A stretch of DNA of 64,000 nt from assembly GCA_012295275.1 (NCBI GenBank), contig CM022671.1, positions 30,318,001-30,382,000 on the forward strand, read 5' to 3'. Below, one piece after another: positions 61,418 to 64,000 of the stretch. How positions within the stretch are numbered: position 1 is the first letter of the stretch; each line of letters starts with the position of its first letter. The notes below the pieces were generated by a model. It made no database searches and was not told where the DNA came from. It saw only the letters and a program-made list of their open reading frames with translations. Made by a program: the position numbers and the translations under genes. The DNA comes from Chrysomallon squamiferum. Its lineage: Eukaryota > Animalia > Mollusca.

Positions 61418-62297
61418 TTTTGTAGATGTCTGTGAAAATGGCAAAAATATATATATATATATGCTGAAAGATACACTAGAAGAAGTCAGCAGATTACAAA
61501 GTGTAGTTTCATACTTGGTGGTTTGATGTACATTAAACCTCGAACTGTGGAAGTGTGTCGCGATGCGACAGTCACGGGAGCAAGAGTTGTTGGTTCTAAA
61601 ATAACAATATGGCCGCCACCAGTTCCTACCCATAATCCTTTATTCTCAATAAGCATAATGGATGTTATTCTAGCTTCAGCTTTTTCAATACTGTTAATAA
61701 AAAGATTATGCAATGCTGTCAATAAAATTTGTAAATACTTTGTATTGGCATCATAATTTTATTTAATACTGGAGGTTTTGGGTTTTTTTTTTACCTCTTT
61801 TTAGATAAATAGACAATTTCAAACTAATTATTATTTTATGAGATTTTCTTTTTGTTTGTTCTTGGTTTTTGGCTAAAATATTCAAAAAATATTACTTTTA
61901 TTATTTTTGGTGGTGGTGGGGTTTTTTGGGGGGATTGTTTTTGGGTTGCTGTTTTTCTAGAGTTTTTTTTTTTTTTTTTTTTTACTTGCTTTTTGTTTCT
62001 CATTTATTTAATTACCAATACATTTTAACCAGTTTATTCACTTGAAACAAGGTTTATTAAATACACTCCAGACTGTATTTTTGATTTTAAATACAAGACT
62101 TTGGACTAATAGTTTATTATAAAATTTCCCAATCAAAAGTGGAGAAGTAAAAATGTTACCCGAGCAGTTCTGCAATATTGCATTCTTTGTTTTTGCGGTG
62201 CTTATAGATGTCCCACGTCTGTAACACTGGAGATCTGATGTGAGACAGGAAAATATGGCGTCCTGCTGCCATTGCATAGATGGGCTGAAAAGTTCTT

Positions 62298-62331
<34 letters not shown>

Positions 62332-63481
62332 AAACAAAATTATATAAAATAATTTTCTTTTTTTCTTTAATTTAAAGTAACAGTCTTACATATCTCTCTG
62401 TGTGTATTTTGTTTTATTCACCAAAAGATGTACCATTGCCTACATTTTCATGTTTTAAAGTTTTATTTAACCTGATACTAATCTTTGTTTATAACAAATT
62501 ATGACTGTAAAGAAACACCACCATGAAATACCAAGGTTTGAACATGTAGTAAGGAGAATATTTTTAGTTTAAAAAAAAAAAAATGTATATAGACATATAA
62601 ATAATAAATTTGATGATAATTTGCTGCAACATTTCTTTATCCTTGCATCCTCAGAGCAAGTACAGTCAAGTCATACTTTATTATAAGTAAAGACTGGTAT
62701 TAATAAACAATAACTTGTAAATACTCTTATTTATTTAGGTGCTTTTTAAAACTGCAACAGGTTCGCTTTAACAATGAAATAATCAAGAATTAATCTGAAG
62801 CATGCAAATATTTTTAAAACACAGATAAAACAACACAGCAAAAATCCTTCTAAGGTATAATTTTTGCTTTATAATTTAAAATTAAAAATGAAAGAAAGAA
62901 AGAAAATACCCATTGTCAGAGGTATCAAAGAAAGTATCTATTGCTATACAACAGTGTATTGTGTTTAAGATGTAAATTCGACTGCCGCAGGAAGCAAAGA
63001 TTTTGTGTTTAGTCTTCACGAGACATCTAACTGGTTCACTGTCGTTTCCCAGGTTTAAACTCATTGGCTCCTGGTCCAGTTTCTGCAAGGGAAGTATTTC
63101 TTTAAAGTACACATGTAAGTCCAAAAAGATTTGTTATTTATTTATTTACTTACTTACTTACTTACTTACACACTTTCTTACTTACTTACTTACTTATTTA
63201 TTTATTTATGTAATTATTTATTTATTTTGTTTGTTTGTGTGTGTGTTTGTTTGTTTGTTTGTTTATTTTGAATGTGAAGATACAAATATTAAATACAAAA
63301 TGGAAACTGTCATAAAACGATGAAATACCTTAAAAGTTCATTATATTTGAAATAAGTAAAAATTTAAATAGTTTTAAAATACTGTTAAAACATGAAGCAA
63401 CTCACATCTAGAAGTTCTGAGAGTGGATAAAACACTAAAATTCCATTAGCTAAACCTGCAAGAACCAATGGATCACCTGAT
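60122..63481 (-). CDS. LRRK2: 3' end (WD40 domain and C-terminal helix) of an LRRK2-like ROCO kinase; the gene continues beyond the window
   Basis: Exons 63406-63481 (LVLAGLANGILVFY), 62910-63082 (PMSLNLGNDSEPVRCL), 62160-62294 (RSPVLQTWD), 61515-61690 (GLWVGTGGGHIVIL), 60922-60990 and 60122-60240 (CVALWDADFPQLVKNFKEDAKKRQELAHRIEHSQ*). They are phase-compatible and collinear with human LRRK2 motifs LWIGTGGGHILLL and CLTVWDINLPHEVQNLEKHIEVRKELAEKM. Confidence 0.85.
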
Positions 63482-64000
63482 CTGAAAAAAAAAAATAATA
63501 ATAATAATAATAAAATTAAAAAAACATGAAAAAGGTCCTTGTCATTAACTTTTTCCTAGGAAGAGCTATCAATGAAAACTGAAATAATTATGAATTATCC
63601 AGCAACCTAGTTTAGATTATTATATACGCAACAGTTTAATCTTAGTATAAGGAAATACTAATTTGCTCTGTTTAGTCTTAGTTTCTTGTATAACAGCTTT
63701 GATATCAGTTATATAAATTTCAAGATTGCTTATATACTGGAAAAGAATGTCATACTATAATTAATTAATTAATTAATCAATAAATAAATAAATAAATAAA
63801 TATTTAAAAACAGTAAAGCCATAAGAGCAGCAATTACTACTAATAATCTAAAGTACTAAGTAAACATACAAAAGCAAAACTGATGAAAACAATAATGACA
63901 AGTAAATTTTATAACAACAACAACGACAACAACAATAATAAACACTAAATAAAAGCAATAACAAATAAATTAATTAATTACAAAAACTACCAAGGCCATG

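Overview
AT-rich, microsatellite-laden, intron-containing animal DNA, most likely an invertebrate and tentatively a mollusc. From right to left: the 3' end of an LRRK2-like gene (-, six WD40/C-terminal exons, 60122-63481); a two-exon 53-aa TOMM6-like microprotein gene (+, 56442-57281) that the ORF track misses; an intronless class A GPCR broken by two frameshifts (+, 54734-55724); a ~1.1 kb foldback/MITE-like element; and a complete 22-exon histidine ammonia-lyase gene (HAL, -, 39097-51718) with two U12-type introns. The left 38 kb is a tandem array. Its ~11.5 kb unit pairs a single-coding-exon Toll-like receptor (+) head-to-head with an 8-exon imidazolonepropionase gene (AMDHD1/HutI, -). Visible copies: TLR-D (intact, signal peptide in a shifted frame), AMDHD1-A (intact), TLR-C (intact), AMDHD1-B (intact), TLR-B (in-frame TGA in the TIR domain), AMDHD1-C (5'-truncated), TLR-A (multiply deleted pseudogene), a HAL 3' pseudo-fragment, and an 'empty' TLR unit holding a decayed Tc1 transposon. 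The main candidate system is an innate-immune receptor array sitting inside, and co-amplifying with, a histidine-catabolism (HAL-AMDHD1) gene cluster. All exon boundaries were read by eye from GT/AG signals and frame continuity; no database searches were run.
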